Shown here: positions 9,126 through 17,000 of the stretch, piece by piece | Layout: each line of letters begins with the position of its first letter | How positions within the stretch are numbered: position 1 is the first letter of the stretch | Origin: a virus | Virus record (IMG/VR): IMGVR_UViG_3300042402_002841 | Location: 32,001-96,000 of that record | DNA length: 64,000 bases | Reading direction: 5' to 3' (one strand) | Notes under the pieces: model-generated | The model's input: the letters and a program-made list of their open reading frames with translations, nothing else | Database searches by the model: none | Told to the model about the DNA's origin: nothing | Program-made: the position numbers and the translations under genes

Positions 9126-9356
9126 TCACTTAGAAAGAAGTTTCTTGCCTATTGGTGTAACCTTTATACCTCTAGAGATACCTTCGGTAATAACTATGAT
9201 TCCATCGTCATGATATTTACGAAGAATCTTATAAATGGTTGAAGATGAAGAAACACCAACAAAAGAACCTATTTCCCGCATAGTGGGAGGATATCCATTT
9301 TCTTTTGTGTATTTACCAATGAATTCAACTACCTGTTTTTGCCGATTGTTTTGCAC
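9126..9356 (-). CDS. LexA-like DNA-binding domain only (no peptidase domain)
   Basis: RQKQVVEFI...GYPPTMREIG..VGVSSSSTI...RGIKV matches the LexA N-terminal wHTH. Confidence 0.8.
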   Translation of the reverse strand: MQNNRQKQVVEFIGKYTKENGYPPTMREIGSFVGVSSSSTIYKILRKYHDDGIIVITEGISRGIKVTPIGKKLLSK

Positions 9357-9723
9357 TTTGTAATTCCTTTCTAAGGTTTTCTCGTTTTATTGTTCTACGA
9401 ATAGATGCTCTTTTTGAGCGTAGATTGTCAACAAACTTTTCACGATGTTCATTCATGTAAACGGCAATATGGTATTCAGGTCCCCATATGTATGCTGGAT
9501 GAAGACCAAGTTTTGCTGAAAGATTTTCGGCATGATAGAGAGTTATTCCCTCTTGCATCCATCTATATATTGACTTTCTGGGTACGGAAATAGTTAGGGC
9601 TAAATGCGCTATTGCATGCTCAGTGTCTTGTAGTTGTTCTTCTCTCAGAAGTCTAAACATAGGTTCAATAGATAAAAGTATTTGTGGGGGGACTGGGGGT
9701 AGATGTTTGTATATGTCTTTCAC
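9325..9723 (-). CDS. HTH DNA-binding protein
   Basis: LALTISVPRKSIYRW...AENLSAKLGLHPAYIW, XRE/Ner-like pattern. Confidence 0.55.
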   Translation of the reverse strand: MKDIYKHLPPVPPQILLSIEPMFRLLREEQLQDTEHAIAHLALTISVPRKSIYRWMQEGITLYHAENLSAKLGLHPAYIWGPEYHIAVYMNEHREKFVDNLRSKRASIRRTIKRENLRKELQSAKQSAKTGS

Positions 9724-9983
9724 TATTTTCCTAAATCTATGCCATATATTTTGCGAAAATCAGACTTGATTGGTTTGATTGCTTTTGGAGTTCCGTGCGT
9801 GGTATAGATGCGCCCACCTATATTGGAAGGTGGATAAATTCGGTAAACATTAGATTTTGTAACTTCAACACGAAATCCAATGCTTTCAATCTCTTTTAGA
9901 AGGGCTTTAAATTCTTTATTCCCGTGAGTTCTTGCCATTTTCTTTCCTTTACGCAGTAAAAAGAAGGGTACAAACGGGGGCAA
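9723..9983 (-). CDS. HicA-like small protein (likely start ATG 9938)
   Basis: EFKALLKEIESIGFRVEVTK..YRIYPP...THGTP resembles the HicA fold; the usual GSH His is absent. Confidence 0.45.
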   Translation of the reverse strand: MPPFVPFFLLRKGKKMARTHGNKEFKALLKEIESIGFRVEVTKSNVYRIYPPSNIGGRIYTTHGTPKAIKPIKSDFRKIYGIDLGK

Positions 9984-9984
9984 T

Positions 9985-10031
9985 AAAAAACAACCCTCAA
10001 GCGAACAAATTTTCGCCTAAGGGTTGTTTTT
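9985..10031. terminator. Hairpin, probable intrinsic terminator
   Basis: AAAAACAACCCT...GCGAA...TTCGC...AGGGTTGTTTTT inverted repeat just downstream of 10042..10383. Confidence 0.65.
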
Positions 10032-10041
10032 GTTGAGATAT

Positions 10042-10383
10042 TTACTTTTTAAGCCAAGAAAACAGTTTCTTGAGAAGTCCCTTTTTGTTCTTTGCAATCT
10101 CTTTTGAAATTTTTTCTGCAATTTCGTTCACGACTTCTTCGGCCTTGTCTGCAGCATCTTCAATGATTTCAATAGCCTTATCTTCGTAGGCGTCAACATC
10201 AATACCGTGCTCTTCGGCAATCGCTTCCACTTTCGCATAAGCCTTCTTGACTGCATCCTTTTTAGGTGCAGTCTTCTTTGCTGTTGGCTTCTTCTTGGGG
10301 GCAGCCTTCTTTGCTGAAGTCTTCTTCTTCGCTGGAGCCTTCTTGGCTGCCTTCTTCTTTTCGGTTGGTTTTTGTACTGCCAT
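10042..10383 (-). CDS. Histone-H1-like Lys/Ala-rich protein with an acidic C-terminal half
   Basis: AKKAPAKKK/AKKAAPKKK repeats followed by an E/D-rich helix. Confidence 0.7.
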   Translation of the reverse strand: MAVQKPTEKKKAAKKAPAKKKTSAKKAAPKKKPTAKKTAPKKDAVKKAYAKVEAIAEEHGIDVDAYEDKAIEIIEDAADKAEEVVNEIAEKISKEIAKNKKGLLKKLFSWLKK

Positions 10384-10454
10384 TTTCCTGTCCTGTGATG
10401 TTGAAATTTTTACACTTATGTATCACAAACTATAGCATGTTCATGAACTAGTGT

Positions 10455-11090
10455 ATGTACATGGACGACACCTATCCAGATGAATTTTCAAAAATTGCAC
10501 TAGCATTGACATCCGCTCAATTAGCCAAACAAGACTTTGTTGGCGAATCGGGAATCGGTGAAGATTTGGCATTTAATTTCATAGGCTGGAAAAGCGGAAA
10601 AATATTAACTATCGCTCAATTGGGTAAAGACCACATGAAAGAACCGCCAATTGACAGACTTCAAAGATGCGCTGGCATGTTAAGAGTTATGAAAGGTTTT
10701 TGGGAGATAGATAGCATCTCAATGGTGGCCGAAGGTTACTGTTCGCCAGATATTGAGAAAACAAGAGGTTTAGATTTGCAGAAAGCATATCTTGATGATT
10801 CAACTGGTGTTGCGGAATGCATAACCATAACCCATGCTGAACCAGATGATTTTGGTGATGTTGAACTCACTCTTGTGTCAACAAGTTATGAGTACAGGGC
10901 TAATAGTAAAATGCACTTTAAGCCAATAACGGTTTATCCAAATGGAGCAGTAAAAACACTTCGTGACAAGAGTTATCCAGCATTACTGTACAAAACAGTA
11001 CTAGAGGATTATGTGGTTAACGAAAAAGACGAAGATGAAGCAGCGGAATCAATAAATAAAATGGGATTTCATCTTCAAGTGTTTTATTAG
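10455..11090 (+). CDS. Hypothetical protein (likely leaderless start ATG 10461)
   Basis: 211-aa ORF; TAGTGT 6 nt upstream of ATG 10461. Confidence 0.7.
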   Translation: MYMDDTYPDEFSKIALALTSAQLAKQDFVGESGIGEDLAFNFIGWKSGKILTIAQLGKDHMKEPPIDRLQRCAGMLRVMKGFWEIDSISMVAEGYCSPDIEKTRGLDLQKAYLDDSTGVAECITITHAEPDDFGDVELTLVSTSYEYRANSKMHFKPITVYPNGAVKTLRDKSYPALLYKTVLEDYVVNEKDEDEAAESINKMGFHLQVFY

Positions 11091-11162
11091 TACCCCTGGG
11101 TGGAATTGAACCACCTTAACGACCTTATAAGAGTCGCGTCTTAACCAGTAGACGACAGGGGC
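11091..11162 (-). tRNA. tRNA-Ile(TAT)
   Basis: Reverse strand GCCCCTG/CAGGGGT acceptor, CGACT-CTTATAA-GGTCG anticodon arm, GGTTCAATTCC. Confidence 0.85.
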
Positions 11163-11480
11163 GTGTTAAAATTGGCTATGTTTAGAGATTCATCTGTGGA
11201 AAAACTTGGGGATAACATTTCCATTTTAAGAGCAACTCGTGAGGCTTGTCCAGTGTGTGGACATCCTACTGGTGATTGCGATGGAGACAGTGGGCCACCA
11301 CAGAAAATTGTTGGTCTTGGAAATGTTATTGAATCATTAAAAGAGTCACAGACAGTTCTTGTTGAAGAAAATATTTATGAAGACCGCCAAATTACACCGT
11401 TTACAAAAGCAAAAGTAATAATTCATCACAAGGGTTCCTACATAACCCTTGAGCAAGCAAAAAATTTGGGCATTGCTTAG
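11163..11480 (+). CDS. Small Zn-finger-like protein (likely start ATG 11178)
   Basis: CPVCGHPTGDC motif; TAAAAT 5 nt upstream of ATG 11178. Confidence 0.65.
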   Translation: MLKLAMFRDSSVEKLGDNISILRATREACPVCGHPTGDCDGDSGPPQKIVGLGNVIESLKESQTVLVEENIYEDRQITPFTKAKVIIHHKGSYITLEQAKNLGIA

Positions 11481-13599
11481 ACAGGGGCAATTGCTCATCT
11501 ACCTGTATCATATACTTCTCGCAAGTTTAAAAAACAGAAAGTGGAGTATCAAGGTGTCTTCCTTTTTTTCATTCCGTCTATCAGAAGATTTCATAAACAG
11601 TTACAAAGATAAGAAATCTCCATTTGGTTATGTTGATGCGGGTGGAAATTCCGTTGGGGAAATTACTTTTCTTCGCACATACTCACGCTTAAAAGAAGAT
11701 GGCACAAAAGAAACATGGGTTGATGTTTGTGAGCGTGTTATTAACGGCATGTACTCACTTCAAAAAGACCATTGCAAATCAAATCGTCTTCCGTGGAATG
11801 ATTCAAAAGCGCAAGCCAGCGCAAAAGAAGCCTTTGAACGCCTCTTTCAGTTGAAGTGGACTCCACCAGGTCGTGGTCTTTGGGTTATGGGAACACCTTT
11901 GGTGAATGTTCAAAAGAACTCCGCTGCTCTTCAGAACTGTGCGTTTGTTTCAACTACCGAAATGACAAAGAACAACCCTGCAAAACCTTTTGCTTTTCTC
12001 ATGGAAGCATCAATGCTTGGTGTTGGCGTTGGGTTTGACAATAAGGGCGCAGACAAAGACTTCACCATCTACGAACCAACAAAGCCAGCAGTTACCGAGG
12101 TGATTGAAGATAGCCGTGAAGGATGGGTTGCTTCACTTGTATCCATCATTAACTCATATTTAAAGGCCGACCAGAGTCCTGTTGAATTTGATTACTCTCT
12201 TATCCGTCCTGCTGGAACACCAATCAAAACATTTGGTGGAACAGCCGCAGGGCATGCGTCTCTTGAGCGCTTACATAACCACATTCGTTCAATGTTTAAG
12301 GGTCGCAACGGAGAAAAGTTAACACGAGTAGATATTGCTGATATCGGAAACATGATTGGTGTTTGTGTTGTTTCTGGAAATGTTCGTCGCTCTGCTGAAT
12401 TACTAATTGGAAGTCTTGACGATAAAGATTTCTTAAACCTCAAAAACTCTGCAGTATTTCCTGAACGCAATTCATATGACGCAGATGCTCCAGGCTGGGG
12501 ATGGATGTCAAACAACTCTGTAGAAACATCTGTCGGGAAAGACCTTTCTGGAATTGTTGAAGGGATTGCACTTAATGGAGAGCCTGGAGTTATTTGGCTT
12601 GACATGTCTCGCAAGTACGGTCGTTTGGTTGACCCAGTAAACAACAAGGACTGGCGTGTTGCTGGTTACAATCCATGTGCAGAGCAGTCTCTTGAGTCTT
12701 ACGAATGTTGCACTCTTGTTGAAACATATCTGAACCGACATGAATCTTTGGACGACTACAAGCGCACACTCAAGTTTGCTTACTTGTACGCAAAGACCGT
12801 GACTCTTCTTCCTACACACTGGGAGGAGACAAACGCAATCATGCAGCGCAACCGTCGCATCGGTGCGTCAATGTCTGGTGTTGCAAACTTTGCTGACCGT
12901 GTAGGTATGCCAGTTCTTCGTGAATGGATGGATACTGGATACAACACGGTGAAAGCATACGATGTTTCTTACTCTGAGTGGCTTGGGATTCGTGAGTCAA
13001 TCAAGATGACGACAGTAAAGCCTTCAGGGACTGTTTCAATCCTTGCTGGTGAGTCTCCTGGAGTTCACTGGACACCAGGCGGAAAGTTCTTCAACCGAGC
13101 AATCCGCTTCGCAAATGATGACCCAATGCTTCCTTTGTTCAAGATGGCTAACTACCGTGTTGAGCCAGCATCAGAGTCTCCAGATACAACCTCTGTCGTA
13201 TTTTTTCCAATCAAGTCAGATGCGGAACGAGCAGAGAACGATGTAACTATCTTTGAGAAGATGTCTCTTGCTGCAGTTGCTCAGCGTTACTGGTCAGATA
13301 ATTCGGTGTCGGTTACTATTTCTTTTGATGCAGAAAAAGAAAAAGAACATATAGGCACTGTTCTTCATATGTATGACGGTCAACTTAAGACTGTTTCATT
13401 TTTACCTCAAGGTAATTTCACTTATCCGCAAATGCCTTATACGCAGATAACTGAAGAGGAATATCTTGAAGAAACCAATAATCTTTTCCCTATTGACTTT
13501 ACAGGTGTATACGCTGGAATGGCTGCCGATGCAATTGGGGAGTCTTATTGCACTACGGACTCCTGTGAGATAAAATTAATCAAGGACAATCAGGGGTAA
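11449..13599 (+). CDS. nrdJ: Class II (adenosylcobalamin-dependent) ribonucleotide reductase, monomeric RTPR type (likely start GTG 11554)
   Basis: PPGRGLW, LQNC, GVGVG, GNVRRSAE, NPCAEQ, TTVKPSGT, C-terminal CTTDSC; GGAG before GTG 11554. Confidence 0.93.
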   Translation: MSKQKIWALLRQGQLLIYLYHILLASLKNRKWSIKVSSFFSFRLSEDFINSYKDKKSPFGYVDAGGNSVGEITFLRTYSRLKEDGTKETWVDVCERVINGMYSLQKDHCKSNRLPWNDSKAQASAKEAFERLFQLKWTPPGRGLWVMGTPLVNVQKNSAALQNCAFVSTTEMTKNNPAKPFAFLMEASMLGVGVGFDNKGADKDFTIYEPTKPAVTEVIEDSREGWVASLVSIINSYLKADQSPVEFDYSLIRPAGTPIKTFGGTAAGHASLERLHNHIRSMFKGRNGEKLTRVDIADIGNMIGVCVVSGNVRRSAELLIGSLDDKDFLNLKNSAVFPERNSYDADAPGWGWMSNNSVETSVGKDLSGIVEGIALNGEPGVIWLDMSRKYGRLVDPVNNKDWRVAGYNPCAEQSLESYECCTLVETYLNRHESLDDYKRTLKFAYLYAKTVTLLPTHWEETNAIMQRNRRIGASMSGVANFADRVGMPVLREWMDTGYNTVKAYDVSYSEWLGIRESIKMTTVKPSGTVSILAGESPGVHWTPGGKFFNRAIRFANDDPMLPLFKMANYRVEPASESPDTTSVVFFPIKSDAERAENDVTIFEKMSLAAVAQRYWSDNSVSVTISFDAEKEKEHIGTVLHMYDGQLKTVSFLPQGNFTYPQMPYTQITEEEYLEETNNLFPIDFTGVYAGMAADAIGESYCTTDSCEIKLIKDNQG

Positions 13600-13677
13600 T
13601 TACGCATCCTGACCCCGTGTTGATGTATTATTTACAGAGAGCGCCGAAAGGCTAAAAAGAGAACATTAGGAGTTCAA

Positions 13678-14064
13678 ATGTCAGCAATTATTGCACCACA
13701 AACCATTACCCTTACCATCCCAGGAACGCTTAGCACCAGCAGCATCGTTTCAGCAGTAATGCCTTTTAAGGGTGTTATTCTTGACGCTTATGTGGCTGTT
13801 ACTACTGCTCCAGTAGGTTCCGCCTTGACTGCAGACCTCAAGGTTGGCAACGATGTGGCAGCAGCGTTTTCAATCGCAGCCGCTGGAACATCTGACCAAG
13901 GAACGCTTACTGCAGCAAATGTTGACTTCGCAAAGGGCGATATTGTGAGCCTTGATGTGTCAGCGGTTGGCTCAAGCACCGCAGGCGCAAACATGACTGT
14001 CACATTTACTGTTACCGAGGCTTCAGAGGCAACAAAGACCGCTGACCCTTCATACAACGACTAA
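13678..14064 (+). CDS. Small beta-rich protein, possibly a capsid decoration or minor structural protein
   Basis: Ala/Thr/Val-rich, strong AGGAG RBS, own terminator, leader shared with the head protease gene. Confidence 0.55.
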   Translation: MSAIIAPQTITLTIPGTLSTSSIVSAVMPFKGVILDAYVAVTTAPVGSALTADLKVGNDVAAAFSIAAAGTSDQGTLTAANVDFAKGDIVSLDVSAVGSSTAGANMTVTFTVTEASEATKTADPSYND

Positions 14065-14079
14065 TAATCAAAACTAAAG

Positions 14080-14119
14080 AAAAACCCCGCCCTCTTAATT
14101 GAGTGGCGGGTTTTTTTTT
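14080..14119. terminator. Bidirectional intrinsic terminator
   Basis: AAAAACCCCGCC-CTCTTAATTGAGT-GGCGGG-T-tract between convergent genes. Confidence 0.85.
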
Positions 14120-14120
14120 A

Positions 14121-14816
14121 TTATTTCTTTTTCTTAGAGTTTTCGTATCTCTCTAAAAGTCTTCTTCCTTTAGCGGCTAACGCTGCTGCGTCCGACCTGT
14201 CCTGAGGCACTGGTTCGCCCCATGCTGCGGCTGAAAGTGCAAGGCGCGTAGGACGACCCTTTTCGTCTTTCATGGGCCCAGAAGGGTTTGTGAAGAATCT
14301 GGTGAGGAATGAGCCTTTTCTGCGCAACTTCTCTGGCGTATCCGCTCTTCCTTTTACCCCAGGCTTAAGGTTTGCACCTTCTTTTCTCTTGAAGTATCTT
14401 CTACCAGCGGCAGTAAGGCCACCCTTGGGATTTTTTAATTTTGCCGATTTTGTCCCTAGTCCCATTTTTTGTCTTGCGTGCAGTTTGGAGACCTCATTAT
14501 TAATGCTCTTTTTTTGAAATGCTTCACCATCAAATGACTCAACCAACCATTTGACTTGAGCAATATTTCCTATTGCTGTTCTGTCTTCAAAATGTCTATT
14601 AGCCCAAGACTCGCGAAGATTCAATACTTCAACCTGTTCTGGCGTTAATGCATAACCATCATTTCCTAGAATTTCCATTAAAATCTCATGGGCTTCGTCA
14701 GATTTTTGTCCGCCAGACATTGACCAAACTTCTGGATATTGATGCTTTAAGTCAAGGGAATAGTTAATGTCAAAAAAGGCCCACTTGCTTTCCGATACAT
14801 GGTAGATGTCTTGCAT
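14121..14816 (-). CDS. Phage protein with a basic DUF6321-like C-terminal domain
   Basis: KNPKGGLTAAGR..NLKPGV..RRKGSF..RF..RLALSAAAW. Confidence 0.65.
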   Translation of the reverse strand: MQDIYHVSESKWAFFDINYSLDLKHQYPEVWSMSGGQKSDEAHEILMEILGNDGYALTPEQVEVLNLRESWANRHFEDRTAIGNIAQVKWLVESFDGEAFQKKSINNEVSKLHARQKMGLGTKSAKLKNPKGGLTAAGRRYFKRKEGANLKPGVKGRADTPEKLRRKGSFLTRFFTNPSGPMKDEKGRPTRLALSAAAWGEPVPQDRSDAAALAAKGRRLLERYENSKKKK

Positions 14817-14980
14817 TATTTACCTTCTCCATAAACGGCTTTTTTGGCTTCTTCAAAAGAATTTTCTGAATCCGAATTAAGAGCAATAGTCATAAAGTCG
14901 TGAAAGTCTTGTTGCCTTTTTCTGTCTGCTTGTATTGCTTTTTCAAACTCTTCAGGGCTTGCGTTAGGCGAAATCTTCAT
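14816..14980 (-). CDS. Small hypothetical protein (54 aa)
   Basis: Manual translation MKISPNASPEEFEK..EGK; TAATG coupling to the next gene. Confidence 0.5.
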   Translation of the reverse strand: MKISPNASPEEFEKAIQADRKRQQDFHDFMTIALNSDSENSFEEAKKAVYGEGK

Positions 14981-15176
14981 TACCCGACTCCCTGTCTTCC
15001 TGCTCTTTTTTTAGTTGATTCCACGGGTTATTGGGCGATTCGTGAAATGGCTTTGAAGGGCGTTTCAGGGATTCCATCATCTGTTCCCGACTAAACCCTA
15101 TTGAGTTCTTTTTTACAAACTTAGCAAAACTATCTTTGTCTTTGAATGCGTCTCTATTCGGAGTCGTCATATCCAT
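14964..15176 (-). CDS. Small hypothetical protein
   Basis: 70-aa ORF overlapping both neighbours in the operon. Confidence 0.5.
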   Translation of the reverse strand: MDMTTPNRDAFKDKDSFAKFVKKNSIGFSREQMMESLKRPSKPFHESPNNPWNQLKKEQEDRESGNEDFA

Positions 15177-15321
15177 CCTCGTGTTTTATCGTTTTTCTTT
15201 TTGTCGGCAATTTTATATTATTGTCAACAGCCCAATCTTCAAAATCTTCAGGCGTTCCTCTTAGTTTACTAGCGTACTTAATGTACTCGTCAAGAGGCTC
15301 TTCTTCGTCTTTTCTAGGCAT
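15154..15321 (-). CDS. Small hypothetical protein (55 aa)
   Basis: Manual translation MPRKDEEEPLDEYIKY..DDSE; AGGA RBS and TACAAT upstream. Confidence 0.5.
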   Translation of the reverse strand: MPRKDEEEPLDEYIKYASKLRGTPEDFEDWAVDNNIKLPTKRKTIKHEDGYDDSE

Positions 15322-15361
15322 AACAATTCCTATTTGTCATAAACAAATTGTAGTCCATAAA

Positions 15362-15406
15362 TGCGAAAGGCTCGGGTACTACTCTTTTCAGAGTTTCCCC
15401 GAGCCC
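15362..15406 (-). terminator. Stem-loop downstream of the major capsid gene
   Basis: GGCTCGGG...CCCGAGCC followed by TTT on the minus strand. Confidence 0.55.
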
Positions 15407-15439
15407 ACGCCTAAGGTAGCGTTAGGTCGCTGTTATTGA

Positions 15440-16798
15440 TTATGCCGATGGGGCAGCGTCAAAGTCAACTTTCACGAACGACTCTGGACGCTTCACTGCA
15501 AGTGCCAAGCGCTGCTCTGCGAGCACCACGATGGCGTTGCGTACGAAGAAGTCTGAGTGCTGTTCCGAAATGCGGATTGAAGCCTGCTCGCGGTCGTACA
15601 ACTGGGCACCTGTACCGAATGCGCCGACAAGTGCGGTGCCTTCTGGGATTGCAGGGGTCTCAACGACTGGCAAACGCCAAACCTTTGGCTCGCCACCCAT
15701 TGCAACTGAAACTGCAACGAGGTACTGGCCATTGCCATCCTTGGTCAACTCAATGTCTTCCCAGTCGTTCGGGTGCAACACGACGCCTGATGGCTCGTAG
15801 TAAGCAAGGAATGAAAGGGTTGCTGCACGGCGGATTGCGTCTGCCTTGGTGTCTGACATGCCTGCTGTTGGTGAGTAGAAACCATCTGACCATGCGTATT
15901 CCTGGATACCAGTGGTCTGAAGAACACCAGTCAAGTTTTCGCCTGTGCCGTCGCCGTTAAGGATTTGAGCATCTTCCTGAAGACGGAGACCGTACATCAG
16001 TTCGTTGTCAATGATTGAACGCAACTGTGGCTCGTCTGCGAGCACATTGCGGTGTGCTGCTTCCCAGTGAGCGATGGTGCGAACTGGAGCCTGGTGGCCT
16101 TCAAACACCATTGACGACTGTGGCTTAGCAGCGAATGCTGTATTGCCAGAGTTACGCTCAGCAACGGTACCTGCGTTGTTCGTGCCACCACCAGCAGTGG
16201 TGAAGCCGAGCATGCGGAAGTATTCAATAACTGCAGCGGTTGTCGTACGGGTTGGGAAAAGGTCACGGACTCGCTTCACACGCTGTGGTGGGATAACGAT
16301 TGGGTCACGCTGGATTGTTCCGAATTGTGCGTCTGCACCACGGCCCATTGTGCCTGATGGAAGGGCTGAGTAAACATCCTTCACATTAAATGCACCGTGT
16401 GTGGTGAGTGATGAGCCCAATTGGAATGGCGATGGCATGTTTGCACCATTGCGTCCACCTGCGAGGGCCTTGAATTCTGCTGAATCAAGGAACAATTGGC
16501 CGATTGAGTTTGAAGAACCAAGGCTCTTCACTGAGTATCCAGCGGCTGCTGCTGCTGCGATTGACTCTGCTGGTGCCTGTGAGCCCCAGTTGTCAACGGT
16601 GTTCATTGCCTCAAGACCCTCAATGAGGCCCTTGATTTCCTTGATGTCTTGCATGTTCTTGTCAAATGCGCTCTTTTGCTGAGCGTTGACAACAACAGTT
16701 CCATCTTCAATACGGAATGAGTCTGCAATTGCCTTGTTGTCGGCCATCTTGGCACGAAGGGCGGATTGCAATTCTGTAAGTCTTGCTTGGTCTGACAT
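15440..16798 (-). CDS. Major capsid protein, HK97 fold, with N-terminal delta/scaffold region
   Basis: Coiled-coil N-terminus; VRTIAHW..LADEPQLRSII..EDAQILNGDGTG; LHPNDW; FVRNAIVVLAEQRLALAVKRPESF. Confidence 0.95.
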   Translation of the reverse strand: MSDQARLTELQSALRAKMADNKAIADSFRIEDGTVVVNAQQKSAFDKNMQDIKEIKGLIEGLEAMNTVDNWGSQAPAESIAAAAAAGYSVKSLGSSNSIGQLFLDSAEFKALAGGRNGANMPSPFQLGSSLTTHGAFNVKDVYSALPSGTMGRGADAQFGTIQRDPIVIPPQRVKRVRDLFPTRTTTAAVIEYFRMLGFTTAGGGTNNAGTVAERNSGNTAFAAKPQSSMVFEGHQAPVRTIAHWEAAHRNVLADEPQLRSIIDNELMYGLRLQEDAQILNGDGTGENLTGVLQTTGIQEYAWSDGFYSPTAGMSDTKADAIRRAATLSFLAYYEPSGVVLHPNDWEDIELTKDGNGQYLVAVSVAMGGEPKVWRLPVVETPAIPEGTALVGAFGTGAQLYDREQASIRISEQHSDFFVRNAIVVLAEQRLALAVKRPESFVKVDFDAAPSA

Positions 16799-17000
16799 TA
16801 TATTTTTTTCTCCTGGTAAAGGTTGTTTTTTTGGATATAGGAACGGCCCAGGTAAGCACCAAGCCCTGTATTAAAAATGATAACGCTAATTATGGTTGAG
16901 TAGTGGAAGTATGGTGTCTTTATTGTTGTTTTTTACTATTATGACATTAAGGGTAAAAATATAGTTTTGCTATACTTTTGTTAAAGAATTGTGTTAATTT

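Noticed and set aside
11449-13599. Possible intein or intron in nrdJ (also checked terL)
   Set aside because: Lengths are normal, motifs are contiguous and no C/S...HN-C/S/T splice signature was seen.
15436-16874. Multiple alternative-frame ORFs over the capsid gene
   Set aside because: Explained by the codon bias of a highly expressed gene on the opposite strand.
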